Positions 25,116-38,738 of a DNA stretch of 64,000 nucleotides are shown in pieces. How positions within the stretch are numbered: the stretch's first letter is position 1; each line of letters starts with the position of its first letter. The position numbers were made by a program, and so were the translations under genes. The notes below the pieces were generated by a model. It worked only from the letters and a program-made list of their open reading frames with translations. It searched no databases and was not told where the DNA came from. Location: contig CM000153.2 in NCBI GenBank assembly GCA_000004695.1, positions 2,848,001 to 2,912,000 on the forward strand. Reading direction: 5' to 3'. The stretch comes from Dictyostelium discoideum (taxonomy: Eukaryota).

Positions 25116-28085
25116 TTATGACATGTCTAAATCTGACAAATCATCATCGTCATTATCTTCAACAATATTTATTTTTGCTCTCTTTCTTAAATTGGTTTGA
25201 GGATTTGTCTCTTCTTCTTCTTCTCCTTCTTCCTCCTGCTCCTCCTCCTCATCAACTTCTTTCTTTTTATTTGATCTTTTCTTTGATGGTGTGGTATTTT
25301 GTTGGTTATTATCCTCTTCTTCGTCTTCAATTTGGTTCTCTACTTCTAAGAAAGAAAAATCATCATCATCATTTTGATCATCATCTAAATCATTATTTGA
25401 TGGTATTGGTGTTTTAGAAATGAAAATAAAAGAAATTGGATCTTGTTTTGATTTCAATTTCTTTAATATTGAATCATGATTACATTGTTTTGAAAATTGA
25501 TCTACATCTCTATAGTGTTCCCATTTATCTAAATGTTGAATAGTTTTAAATATTTCTATTCTTTTAATATTTATACTAGTACTAGCATTACTATTACTAT
25601 TACCACAATTACATTGTAATAAATCATGAGTATCTGAATTTGTATTTTCATTATAAGAAAAGATATCTTTTAAATCTTCCAATGAGAAATTACCACCATT
25701 ATCATTAAACTTTTTATCAACAATTGAATTTGAAATTGATTCTTTCATTAATTGTCTTTGATAAATCTTCTCTTCAATTGTACCTGTTGAAAATAATCTA
25801 TAGATGAAAACTGGTTTAGTTTGACCTTCTCTCCAAATTCTTTCCATTGCTTGAATATCGATTGCAGGATTCCAATCTGGATCATATAGAACCAAATGAT
25901 TACCACCAATTAAATTAATACCAACACCACCAGCTTTTGCAGATAACAAAAACACTTGATATTGTGATGACGATGATTTTGATGATGAAACATTTTGAGT
26001 ACTAGAATTAAATTTATCAACCAATGCTTGTCTTGAATCAGCTTTAACATCACCATCCAATCTAAGTGTATCAATTGATAATCGTTTACATAATCTCTCA
26101 AAGACGTCCAATGTTTTTGTGAAATTTGAAACCAATACCAATTTTTCATTCATTGGTTTTAATTGTTTAATCAATGATTCAACAAATAATAATTTACCAG
26201 ATTCATTATCTTGTTGTTCTTGAATCTCTTGATAATTTTCTAATGTATAATTATGTTTCTTTAATATATTTTGAATTTCAGTTTGTTGTTGTTCTCCTCC
26301 TTCATCTTGTTTGTTATTTAATAATAATAATGATGGTGAATTACATAATTTCTTTAATAATGTTATTGTTGAAAGAGAAGTTGCTGAACCTCTACTACCA
26401 CCACCTGATAATAATGATTTAACACTATTTGAATTCAAAATTGATTTATATAATTCAATTTGAAGTGATGATAATTTACAAAATATGATTTGTACTCTTT
26501 TTGGTGGTAAATATTTCTCCAAAATATTTGATTTTCTTCTAATGATGAATGGTTTAACCAATTTTGAGAGTTGAATTGATTTTCTAATACCTTCTGAAGT
26601 TGAAGTTGAATTTGGTGATTCTCTAGATTTATTAATTGGTATGATGAATGATTTTTTAAAGTCAGCTAAAGAACCTAAACAATTTGGATTAGCAAAATCC
26701 ATCATTGAATAAAATTCCACTAAATTATTTTGAATTGGTGTACCTGTTAATAAAATCTTTCTATCACATCTAACACTCATTATCGATTGAGTGGTCTTTG
26801 CATTTGAATTCTTTAAACGATGAGCTTCATCACAAACCATTAAACCACAACTCATCGTTTCCAATTCCTTTGAAAAGATTCTACATTGTTCATAAGAGAT
26901 AATTAATACGGGTTTAATCGATGTATTGAAATCATTTAAATTTGCTTTTGTCTCTTTTGTTAATGAATCTGTTAAAGTTGATGCAATCAAACGACCATTG
27001 CCAAACCATTTTTGAATTTCACTCTTCCAATTGTTAACCAATGTCGATGGTGTAACTATGATAGCCTTTTTTATTGTTGGTTTGCCGTATGGTGACTGTT
27101 TCAATAATGTCCAAAGTAAAGCTAAAGTTTGTAATGTTTTACCTAACCCCATTTGATCAGCTAAAATAGCACCACTGTATCCATTATCATTTGAATTACC
27201 CGTAACACAATCATAAAGGAATTTAACACCTCTTCTTTGATGAGGTCTTAAATGTCTACCAATATATGGATCCAATACAACATGAACAACTTTATTACCT
27301 TCTTCATCCAATTGACTTGGTGGTGGTGAATAAAATATTAATGCATCCTTTGAATTTGGATCATGTGGACAAACAATCTTTTTTGAACTTTTTTGTTCTT
27401 CTAAACTAGTATGACTTTTAAATTCTTTTTTAATTGTTGATTTATTAATATTTGTTGTTTGTTTTTCATCTTGTTGTTGTTGTTGTTTTTCCTCCTCTTC
27501 TTCTTGAAGTTTTTGTTGTTTTTTACTTAGTTTTCTAATTGTTGTTGTTGATAGTGATGATGATGATGTAGAATTTGAAACTAAAGATGACTCTAAACCA
27601 GTTGCTTTTTCAAATTCTTTGCTTGTAATTATATGTTCAATTAATACTTCTTTTGAAGAGATGAATACTTTTGTATCTGGTTTAACATCTTGTATATTCA
27701 CTGTTACACTCTTTCCATTCTCTTTACCACAATCATCATATAATGTAAATATTTTTTTATCTTGGTCATACATTAAATAACCATCATTATAAATCTTATG
27801 TTTTTTAGTTGATTTTGCGCACCAACCAATTTTATAATGAATTAATTCTCCATCATTAGTTTTATCTTCACTTTTATCATTATTATTGCTACTACTATTT
27901 GCTTTCGATTTTGTTTTTTGTGTTTCTATAGGAGATGATGATGATGATGTTGTTGTTGTTGAAGTTGTTGATGTCGTTGATGTTGTTATTTTTTTTGGTT
28001 TTGATGCTAAATGATTAATGCTAGGAGTTGATGTTGTGTTTGAATCTTTGTAAGGTGAAACAAATCCTTTGCTACTTTTTTTCAT
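25116..28085 (-). CDS. rad54: DNA repair and recombination protein RAD54 (SNF2-family DNA-dependent ATPase), single exon, 989 aa from ATG 28085
   Basis: KDALIFYSPPPSQLD...VVHVVLDPYIGRHLRPHQRRGVKFLYDCVTG..GAILADQMGLGKTLQTLALLWTLLKQSP...KAIIVTPSTLVNNWKSEIQKWFG matches the RAD54 N-terminus and helicase motifs I/Ia. It also has DEAH-like MVCDEAHRLKN, LLTGTPIQNNL, the helicase C motifs (LLSAKAGGVGINLIGGNHLVLYDPDWNPAIDIQAMERIWREGQTKPVFIYRL) and the C-terminal CNC...W.HY zinc-like tail. The first M in the ORF track is a TTG, so the true ATG is 30 nt downstream. Confidence 0.85.
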   Translation of the reverse strand: MKKSSKGFVSPYKDSNTTSTPSINHLASKPKKITTSTTSTTSTTTTSSSSSPIETQKTKSKANSSSNNNDKSEDKTNDGELIHYKIGWCAKSTKKHKIYNDGYLMYDQDKKIFTLYDDCGKENGKSVTVNIQDVKPDTKVFISSKEVLIEHIITSKEFEKATGLESSLVSNSTSSSSLSTTTIRKLSKKQQKLQEEEEEKQQQQQDEKQTTNINKSTIKKEFKSHTSLEEQKSSKKIVCPHDPNSKDALIFYSPPPSQLDEEGNKVVHVVLDPYIGRHLRPHQRRGVKFLYDCVTGNSNDNGYSGAILADQMGLGKTLQTLALLWTLLKQSPYGKPTIKKAIIVTPSTLVNNWKSEIQKWFGNGRLIASTLTDSLTKETKANLNDFNTSIKPVLIISYEQCRIFSKELETMSCGLMVCDEAHRLKNSNAKTTQSIMSVRCDRKILLTGTPIQNNLVEFYSMMDFANPNCLGSLADFKKSFIIPINKSRESPNSTSTSEGIRKSIQLSKLVKPFIIRRKSNILEKYLPPKRVQIIFCKLSSLQIELYKSILNSNSVKSLLSGGGSRGSATSLSTITLLKKLCNSPSLLLLNNKQDEGGEQQQTEIQNILKKHNYTLENYQEIQEQQDNESGKLLFVESLIKQLKPMNEKLVLVSNFTKTLDVFERLCKRLSIDTLRLDGDVKADSRQALVDKFNSSTQNVSSSKSSSSQYQVFLLSAKAGGVGINLIGGNHLVLYDPDWNPAIDIQAMERIWREGQTKPVFIYRLFSTGTIEEKIYQRQLMKESISNSIVDKKFNDNGGNFSLEDLKDIFSYNENTNSDTHDLLQCNCGNSNSNASTSINIKRIEIFKTIQHLDKWEHYRDVDQFSKQCNHDSILKKLKSKQDPISFIFISKTPIPSNNDLDDDQNDDDDFSFLEVENQIEDEEEDNNQQNTTPSKKRSNKKKEVDEEEEQEEEGEEEEETNPQTNLRKRAKINIVEDNDDDDLSDLDMS

Positions 28086-28246
28086 TATATTTTTTTTTGA
28101 GCGTTTGTAATACAAAAGTTTTAAAAAATAAAAAAAAAAAAAAAGAAAATGAAATGGAAAATTGAAACTAAAATAAAAAAAAATAAAATAAAATAAAAAA
28201 AAAAAAAAAAAATTCTTAGAAATATATTTTTTTGTCCAAAAGTTTT

Positions 28247-28279
<33 letters not shown>

Positions 28280-28755
28280 TTATTTATTTATTATTATCAT
28301 TGTTTTTTTTATTATTATCATTGTTTTTTTTTTTAGTAATATTCAATTAATTTGATGAAGTTAATGCATTGGTTGTTTTGGTGAAAAAAAAAAAAAATTA
28401 AAGAAAAAATAAAAAAAAAAAAAATATATAGATCTATCGGATTATTTTTAGATGATCATCAAAAAAAAAAAAAAAAAATTAAAAAAAAATTAAAATAACC
28501 CAAATATCGTTCTTTTTATTGTTATATTATTGTTATTTTTGTTCTGTTAAAAAAAAAAAAAAAAAAAAAAAAATTTAAAAAAAAATTAATTTAAATTAAA
28601 TAAAAATAAAATAAAAATAAAAATAAAATAATTAAATAATAATAAATGGTAAACAAAACCAATATTCTGTTTTTCCACACACAGCTGATCGTATTCAACT
28701 GAAAAAAAAAATTATTTTTTTTTTATTTTTTTTTTTTTTTTTTTTTTAAAAAAAA

Positions 28756-28789
<34 letters not shown>

Positions 28790-28793
<4 letters not shown>

Positions 28794-28958
28794 AAATTTT
28801 TTTTTTTTTTTTTAACCCTTTTATTTCCCCTTCCTTTTTTCCTCATTATTTTACCAATTTTTTTTTTTTTTTCTTTTTTCCCTTAAAAAAATTAAATTTT
28901 TGAAAAAAAAAAAAAAAAGGTTCTTTTTGGGGGATGTTTTTTAATTAATTTAAAAAAA

Positions 28959-28997
<39 letters not shown>

Positions 28998-29256
28998 TAT
29001 TATTTTAATATTATTATTATTATTATTATTAATAATAATAATAAAATTAATAAAAATAATAAAAATAATGGTGGTATTATTATTAATTTAAAAATAAAAA
29101 TTTTTTTTCCCAAAGGAAAAAAAAGGAAAAAAGGAAAAAAGGAAAAAAATTTTAAATTTTNGCCCCCCCTAATTTTCCCCTTAAAATTCCCTAAGGGAAA
29201 TTCCTTCCCACCCCTTTAAGGGTTTTATTCCGGTTTTTTTTTTTTAAAACCAAAAC

Positions 29257-29306
<50 letters not shown>

Positions 29307-29340
29307 CTTCTTTCTTTTTCATTCGGCAAACACAACAATA
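28790..29340. other. low-quality 'base-stutter' sequence containing an N at 29161
   Basis: aaccctttt atttcccc ttcctttttt cc..., ggaaaaaaggaaaaaaggaaaaaa, gccccccctaattttcccc, cccacccctttaaggg: doubled bases and odd GC islands. Confidence 0.5.
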
Positions 29341-29923
29341 AATTTTTATCCTTATTTCGATGAATAGTATTGTTCATCTTAAATTTTAAAAGAAAAAAAA
29401 GAGAAAAGAAAAAAAAGAAAAAAATAAATAAATAAAAAAAGAAAATAATATAAACGGTGTTTTTTTATTTTATTGTTTTTTTTTTTATTTTTGTTTTTTT
29501 TTTTTGTTTTTTTTTTTTTTTTTTGAAAACCAGTTTGTTTATCATATCTCTATATTTATTCAACCAAACTTATTTTTTTTTTTTATTTTATTTTTTTTTT
29601 TTTTTTTTTAATTTTTTTTTTTATTTTTTTAATTTTTTTTTTTTTTTTTTTTTTCTTTCATTATAGTAACGCACAACCACCTTTTTTTATATTTTTTAAT
29701 TTTTTTTTTTTTTTTTAATTTTTTTTTTAACAAACACTCCCACCCCTCATCAAAATCAACTCAATAATAATATTAACATATTATATTTTTTTTTTTTTTT
29801 AAATTCATTTTTTTTTTATACAGAAAAAAAAATAATAAAAATAAAAAAAAGATAATAAAAAACTTAAACAATTTAGATAAATATATAAATTATATATTTA
29901 TTTTTAAATTTTATCATAAATAA

Positions 29924-30081
29924 ATGGGATGTGGGATATCATCATTTAAAAGAGATTCAAGCAGTAATAGTAATGGAACATCCAACAATGGTAAAGATGT
30001 ATTAAAAGGAAAGACAAATAAAGGTAGTTTTAATAATAACAATAGCGGCAACACTAACACTAATAATAATGCTGCAACCAC

Positions 30082-30117
<36 letters not shown>

Positions 30118-30277
30118 TACTTCCACTATCAATAATTTAAATACAAGTCAGAGTAAAATAAATAATAGTAGCGGAAGTAGTTCTAATAATAATAAAACTG
30201 GTGTAGGGGAGCAGCCACAACAAACACCACAAAATATAAATAGTAGTCAAGAAAGGAAAAACTCTGTAAATCAACCA

Positions 30278-30317
<40 letters not shown>

Positions 30318-30658
30318 GTAATAATAATAGTAGTAATAATATAGCAAACAATACGGGATCATCTAACCCAACAGTTAGTCATACAAAATCATTATCCCAA
30401 TCTATGAATAATAGCAATAACAATAGTAATAATAACAATAATACACCAGCTTCAATTAAACCAAATAGTTCACCTGTTTTAACTACTCAAGTTGAAACAC
30501 AACAAAATCCTTTAACTAATAGTGGTAATGGCCTTAATAAAAGTCAAAGCCAACCACACCCAACTTCACAACCATCCTCATCTTCATTAACTAAACAACA
30601 ACAACCACAACAACAGCAACCACAACAATGTATAAATAGCCCACAACCAACACAAGAA

Positions 30659-30711
<53 letters not shown>

Positions 30712-30811
30712 ATCAAAACTCACAGACAGTGGCAAGAAGCCTGATTTTAATAATAGTAATAATAGTAATAGTAATATAAATGTCAATAGTGTAAATCCAT
30801 CCCAAAATAAC

Positions 30812-30843
<32 letters not shown>

Positions 30844-30886
30844 TAATAATAATAATAACAATGTTGTTCATAATAATAACAACAAC

Positions 30887-30951
<65 letters not shown>

Positions 30952-31489
30952 TAATAATAATAGCAATAATATTAGCGCATCTATCACTAATAATGTTGGT
31001 AGTAGCAATAGTAATACATTAAATAATTTAAATAACAGTACTTTAGCTAGTAATGATATAAATAATCCATTCCCTGGATGTACAGCAATCTTAAAGAATG
31101 GTGTTTGGTATACCGAATCTGAGCTTTTGGAGGAAAACTACGTATGGACCCCAAAGTATTGGACCCCCGATAGAATTGGTAAATGGGTTGATGATATTGA
31201 ATTCTCTGAAAATTTAACTAATCCTTCAAATTCAAATTCACCAAACCAACAAGCTCAACAACAAGCTCAACAACAAGCACAACAACAACAACAACAAGCT
31301 CAACAAACACAACAACAACAAACACAACAACAAACAACACAACAACAAACACAACAAGCTCAACAACAACAACAAGTCCAACAACAATCCAGTTCACCTT
31401 TTGCCAACAACACGACCAATTTATCAACCACACCAAACCCCTCAACATCCGTAACGAACAAAAACGATAATCCTATTGAATCAATTTAG
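29924..31489 (+). CDS. hypothetical low-complexity protein (521 aa) with an N-terminal MGCGISS myristoylation/palmitoylation-type motif and a conserved W/Y-rich C-terminal block
   Basis: Single ORF. The N-terminus is MGCG. There are huge poly-N and poly-Q tracts. The only complex segment is [47 protein letters not shown]. Confidence 0.55.
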
Positions 31490-31567
31490 CGAATTTATTA
31501 TTTAGTTCAATAAATAAATTTAAAAAAAAAAAAATATATTATATATACATAAAGTTATTTTTTTATA

Positions 31568-31608
<41 letters not shown>

Positions 31609-32073
31609 AATAATGTAATTGTTGGTTGCTTCTCTCTGGTGTTTATATATTTTTTTTATTTTTTTTTTTTTTTTTGTTTTTTTTTTTTTTTTTGTTTTTT
31701 TTTTTTTATTTATTTTTTTTTTGTCATTTTTGTTGTATCCATCTAAAAATAAATAATGAAAAAAAAAAAAATAAAAATTTTTTTTTTTGGACTCGGACAC
31801 TGAAATTGTAAATATGTTTCATAAAATTGATTAATTTCTGGAAAATTTTTGAAACATTTTTATTATTTTATTATTCCCAACATTATCAATTTTTTTTTTT
31901 TTTTTCAATTTTTTTTTATTTTTAATTTTTTTTATTTTTTTTTTTTTTTTATTTTTTCTTTTTTTTCATATTTTTAAATTAAATTTTTTTTTTTTTATTT
32001 TTTCATTTTCATCAGAACTCTCACGACTCATACTCATACTTATAATAAATAATAAATATTAAACAAATAAATA

Positions 32074-33142
<1,069 letters not shown>

Positions 33143-33700
33143 AAAAAAAAAAAGAAAAAAGAAAAAATAAAATATACAAATGGTTACCAACTAGTAACTT
33201 GTAAAAAAAGAATTAAATAGACGAAACCACTACTATCATCATATCACTGCCGCCACCACTACCTCCACTATCTCCACCACTATCTCCACCACCACCCCCG
33301 AATCATTACACTCTCTCTTTCTCACAAATAAAATATAATATCACACAAATTTAAAAAAAAAAAAAATAAAAAAAAAAAAAAGATTAATCTCTAATTTTTT
33401 ATTTTTTTATTTTTTTTTTTGGGAACAATTATAATAAAAATAAAATAAAACATCTGCAAAGATTTAATGTTTTGAAAAAAAAAAAAAAAAAATTAATTTA
33501 TTCCAATTGTTTCCGAAAAAAAAAAAAAAAAAATTACCAATTTATAAAACTATTTCCTTTTTTGAGATGTTTATTTTTTTTTTTTTTTATTTAATCTTTT
33601 AGTTTTTTTATTAATGTAAACTCACTTTTTTATATTTTATTTTTATTTTTTTTTAAAAGGAAAAAGTCATTAAAAATTTTTTGAAAAAAAAAAAAAAAAA

Positions 33701-33997
33701 ATGGAAGAAATAGAAACTATAATACAAGAACCATCCAAACAAAGTCATCCATTATTATCATTTTCATTATCAGGTGATTCAGCAGTTTTTTATCCATCAG
33801 TAGAGGATTTAAGATTAATTTATGCTTTAAGTGAAAATAAACTAAAAGAATTACTAAATCAAAAGAGACAAATAGAAGAAGAGATAAGAAAAATACAAGA
33901 CAAAATCATTAGAATGGAGATTGAATTACAAAATAATCAATTTTGTGAAATTAGAAAAATTCAATCAAATTTTAATAATATTAAAATAATCGAATAA
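33701..33997 (+). CDS. small coiled-coil protein (98 aa); may be a separate gene or 5' exon(s) of the downstream gene
   Basis: The ORF starts MEEIETII at an ATG. It has heptad-like QKRQIEEEIRKIQDKIIRMEIELQ. I found no convincing donor before its stop. Confidence 0.3.
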   Translation: MEEIETIIQEPSKQSHPLLSFSLSGDSAVFYPSVEDLRLIYALSENKLKELLNQKRQIEEEIRKIQDKIIRMEIELQNNQFCEIRKIQSNFNNIKIIE

Positions 33998-34031
33998 ATA
34001 ATTGTTTATTTTTAAATTTAATATTTTATTT

Positions 34032-34082
<51 letters not shown>

Positions 34083-34149
34083 GCTTTTTTTTTTTTTTTT
34101 TTTTTTTGCTTTTTTTTATTCAAAATTACACAAACGAATCATTGGTATT

Positions 34150-36091
34150 ATGCAGTTTGAAAAGGTAATTGAAGGATTTAAAAGTGGGATAAATAATGAA
34201 AAATTGAATTTACCAATCCCATGGGATTGGGTTTGTAATAATTTAATATCACTACTACAAGAGTATTCTGATGGTGTTACTTCAACAATAGTAAAAACAG
34301 ATTTACAAAATAAGGTATGAAATACATATATTATAATTATTATATGATAAATTTTTTTTTTTTATTTATTTAAAAATACAATCTACTAACATGTAATTAT
34401 AAATAAAAATCTTAAAAAACTCTTTTTAGTGGGATTTAGAGGGTATTGATGTAATTTCTAACATTAATAATGGTTTAAATAATAGTTTCAATAATAACGA
34501 CAACGAAATTGATTATAAAAAACCAAAATCATTATATTTATCTTATAAAAGAGAAACAATACCATTTGATTCAATTATAGAGACAACAATACAATCAATC
34601 AATAGAAAAGATAATCAACCAAATACGAATGATGAACAACAAACACAAACGCAACCAAAAAAAAAATTGAAACATCATCACCATCAAAGTTTTTCAAATA
34701 TAATTACCATTGGTGATTCTTACTATATCAATCAATTATGGTTACATCCAAGATTTTATAGTTATTTATCTGAATATTTTGGTAATTCACCTTTAATTTC
34801 ACCTGGTAGAAATATTAGAATTTCAAATATTTTACAACAATATTCAAAAGCTTCAAAAATTTTTAAACTTGATAATAATAATAATAATAATAATGATAAT
34901 AATGATAATAATAATAATAATAATAAAAAGGTACAAAATAAAAAACAAATTATATTACCATCATCAGTATTAATAATGATATTAAAAGATATTGAAGATT
35001 TATCATTTACAGAAAGATTAAAACATTTTAAATTATCAAATATATTTCTTGATGGTAATAAATCATTCATTCCTGATGAAAATTCAGTATTATGGTTACG
35101 AGTTGAGAAAATATTAAAAGTAGAGGAAAAGAATACTCAATATAAATGGGATAGGATTCTACCATATGATAGTTTCTTAGGTCATAGTATGAAACAAGTA
35201 ATGATATTATCAGAGTTATTAGATTTTAGAAAAGATAATATAAAGGATCAATCATTATCAATCTCACCATACACTGTTGAATTGGTATTCTGGGATGAGC
35301 AAATCGGATATTTAAGATTACTACAAAAAGGTGAAAAAATCAGAATTAAAGGAGTTTATTATAATAATAATAATAATTTTAATAATATAAATAATACAAA
35401 TAATAATGATATTAATAGAATCGTTTTAGAAGTATTACCATCTTCAACAATATGTGTATTACCAAATGATAATAAAATAAGCCCAACTATAAATTCAACA
35501 ACGACAACTGCCACCCCTTCTACCACTTTGGCAAACACTACATCTAAAATTTCAGAAAGAATGGATATTTCTAATGCTTTTGGAACAAATTTTTCATTAT
35601 TGGTTAATATTTTAGAAGTTGATTTTTCAAAGAAACAACAAATTATTTATAAAGTTTATCAAAATAATACAATAGCAAAAACAATAGATATAGTTTTAAA
35701 AATTGATGAAAATAATAGTAAAAATAACAACAATAATATAATTAGCAATAGCATATATAAAAATAATAGAATCGAAGAAGGTCAATTAGTTTATTTTAAA
35801 AATTTAAATATAAAAGATGGTGTTGTTTATTGTATTGAAAACAACAACCCATTATACAATAATAATAATAATAATAATAGCTATAACTATATTATTATTT
35901 CAAAAATTCAAGGTTTATTATCAAGTAGATTTCTATATAATCAAATTAATATTGATCAATTAAATGATTACTCAAATTCAGTTTTCATTGGCGCAATAAT
36001 TGGTATAAATAATGAAAGTAGAAAAAATTTACAAAAGGTTCATTCAGTTTGTAATAAAGAAATTAATTTAACAAATACCAATATTATAGAA

Positions 36092-36156
<65 letters not shown>

Positions 36157-36484
36157 TAATAATAAAGATTTTATATTTTGTCAACATTGTAATAGATCAA
36201 TTAATCAAGTTGAAATAATGTTAAAATTTAATTTCACTTATAAAATTTGTAGTCCCATTGGTATTGGTAATGATGTAACAACAAAAACTAGAATCAATTT
36301 AAGTGCAACATCAACAGCCCATTTTCAATTCCTACAACTAAATGAATCAGAATTTGAGTTATTACCAATTGAAAAACAAACCAAACTATTCAATTTAATA
36401 ATTGGAAAATTTTATTATCTTTCAATATCAAAAATTGACGAAAATCAATTTAGAATTGATAATTGTTCAAATTATCAATATTAA
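34150..36484 (+). CDS. hypothetical OB-fold-like protein (about 739 aa), possible RMI1-like; 2 exons: join(34150..34314,34430..36484)
   Basis: MQFEKVIEGFKSGINNEKLNLPIPWDWVCNNLISLLQEY...TDLQNK|WDLEGIDVI.... The N-terminal W/C pattern is reminiscent of the RMI1 DUF1767 helix bundle. Two predicted beta-rich segments lie at ..VELVFWDEQIGYLRLLQKGEKIRIKGVYY..NRIVLEVLP.. and ..LVYFKNLNIKDGVVYCIE... It has a GTATGA donor and a tttttag acceptor, in frame with ORF 34667..36484. The identity is speculative. Confidence 0.5.
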
Positions 36485-36597
36485 ATAATATAAAATAAAA
36501 TAAATACAATTTATTATGTTTTTTATGTTTTTTATTACTTTTTTATTCTTTATTATTTATTTTTTTTTTGTATTATTAAAATTAATTATTTAGTTAT

Positions 36598-38076
36598 TTA
36601 ATCTTCTAATCTTCTATTCCATAATCTTTTACTTTGTAAAATGACAGAATTATAAATCCAAATATTAATTTGAAGTTGTAAAGATTCTTTTGAAAGATGA
36701 CCAGTGTATCTAATTGGATTATGAGAAGTTTTATCAGTGTAAACCACTTTAGCACCACCATCAACGGCATTAACACCAACACCACTTTTATCTAAAAAGT
36801 TTTGAATCTCTTCAATTAGAGATACTATATAATTTGAAGTGATATCAGTATCCAATAAAGCATCACCATCATTGAAACCATATTTTCCAAAGATTGAAGA
36901 TAATGTACATCTTTCAAAAACGATTGATTGAACACTATGTTGATTTTTTAAACGAGTAACAGTACCTCTTGAACCAAATGTTAAAACTCTTAAAAATTCA
37001 ACGATTTGTGAACTATAAGGTTGAAATAATTCATCATCACAATCTAATGGGAATAATGAAAAATTGAAATAACCAACGACATCACCAGCATATGGTGAAT
37101 CTGAAGAATGTTTTTCTAACCATTGATTACCATTAAATTTTAAAAGTGCATCTTCTTTATCTATAAATCTAAATGCACCAATTGGTGTATTCACTTTACC
37201 ATTTAAAACGATATTACCAGTTGGACAACGACTATCTAATCCTACTTCTTCATCATCTTCTTCATCTTCATCTTCTTGATCATCATCATTTTTATTACTA
37301 TTATTATTATTATTATTGCTATTATTGCTATTATTATTTAAAATAAATGTTGTCATTGTCAAACCTTTTGACATTTCTTCAATAAATCTTTTTCTCCACC
37401 AACTTCCGTTTGGATTTATAATTTTCTCTGATTTCCATCTGCCTGGTTCTGTAAATTCACTACATTCACTCATAATTGATACTATATATTGTTCTGGTTT
37501 AAACCCTAATCTTTTTTTCTCTTCTAAATCTTTTGGAAAAAAAATAAAATAATATTTTTAATATTAGTATACATTCAAACAAAATAATATTGATTGGTTG
37601 GTTGGTGTGAAATTTCCAAATTGTGAATTCGTTTTATAAAAAAAAGCCTACATTTCTTTTTAAAATATTCTTTATTTTTATTTCTAGTTTCCTCAAATGG
37701 ATAAATTTGATGTAAATTCCATCTATCAATAGAATATTGAATCCAACATTTATCTAATTTTATTAAAACTGAATTCCATTTTTTATTTAATTTTGAACAA
37801 CTAAAATAATAACAATAATGAAATCATTTATTAGTATATATCATTTATATTTATAAATTTATTTATAAATAATATAAAATTAATTAATTTCAAATAAATA
37901 CTTTGTAAAATCTTGAGGTGATATTGATTCAAAGATTTGATATAAAATTTGATGTGGTAATGAAATAAGTTCAATATCTTTCTTTTTTTGGGTATTATTA
38001 TTATTATTATTGTGTTGGTTAATATTTTTATTATTAATATTATTGCTACTACTTTTAATATTAGTTTTATTTTTTA

Positions 38077-38167
<91 letters not shown>

Positions 38168-38443
38168 TTCTGAATCAATATTTGTAGGTTTTAATTTATT
38201 TATTTCTTCTTTTAATTCATCTAAAATATCATCTTGATGTTGTTTTGTTTTATTTATATTTTCATCATCTTTATTTTTATTTTTATTATTATTATTTTTA
38301 TCATTTTTATCATTATCTGGTGGTGAAGGTTTAATTGCTTTAAATAAACCAAATGTTAAGACAATCACTGAGGCAATAACACCAAATATATATTTATTTT
38401 TAAAAAGTGTTGTAAAAAACGATGCATTATTTGGTGATTGCAT
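36598..38443 (-). CDS. F-box protein with an N-terminal transmembrane anchor, a poly-Asn linker and a C-terminal domain that may be FBA-like; 3 exons: complement(join(36598..37529,37652..37800,37902..38443)); about 540 aa
   Basis: Exon 1 has hydrophobic IFGVIASVIVLTFGLF, then poly-N, then ISLPHQILYQIFESISPQDFT. The F-box continues across intron 1 (GTATTT donor, tattttag acceptor) as N|CSKLNKKWNSVLIKLDKCWIQYSIDRW. Intron 2 (gtaggc donor, ccaaaag acceptor) joins in phase 1 to ..LEEKKRLGFKPEQYIVSIMSECSEF... The ORF track shows only the two ends, 38443..37880 and 37473..36598. Confidence 0.55.
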
Positions 38444-38738
38444 CTCTTTACTTTTTTTTTATTTTTAAATATTTATTTATATGAGTGTGAAAATAGTAAA
38501 TTTCTTTTGCCAATGTTTTTTTTATTTAAAAAAAAAAAAAAAAAAAAAAACTAATGAAAACATGAAAAAATTGAAAAAAAAAAAAAATTTGTCAAAGGAC
38601 CATCAAATATTTGTCCCGTGAAAAATGTTTAGCTATTATAATACAACTTTTTTTTTTTTTTTACAGTTTGTAATTAATTTTTTAATTGATTAAGAAATTA
38701 GACAATAGATGAATAATTATCATTATAATAAATAGATT

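Noticed and set aside
25118-26422. Plus-strand ORFs 25118..25417 and 26174..26422, and minus ORF 25910..26149
   Set aside because: They are embedded in or antisense to the RAD54 CDS, which has strong homology on the minus strand in a single frame.
29914-31448. Minus-strand ORFs 29914..30132, 30544..30861 and 31218..31448 (poly-L/V/C)
   Set aside because: They are antisense to the AAT/CAA repeats of the 29924..31489 gene.
33225-33330. Possible minus-strand mini-ORF encoding GGGGGDSGGDSGGSGGGSDMMIVVVSS in the C-rich tract downstream of PA28
   Set aside because: It has no start codon context. Its composition is explained by the CCA/CCACC repeat. It is more likely a 3'-UTR repeat than coding. 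The tract itself is noted under the G4 finding.
38010-38237. Plus-strand poly-Leu ORFs 37988..38173 and 38010..38237, and 55274..55498(+)
   Set aside because: They are antisense to AAT-coded poly-Asn tracts of the F-box and glycine-zipper genes.
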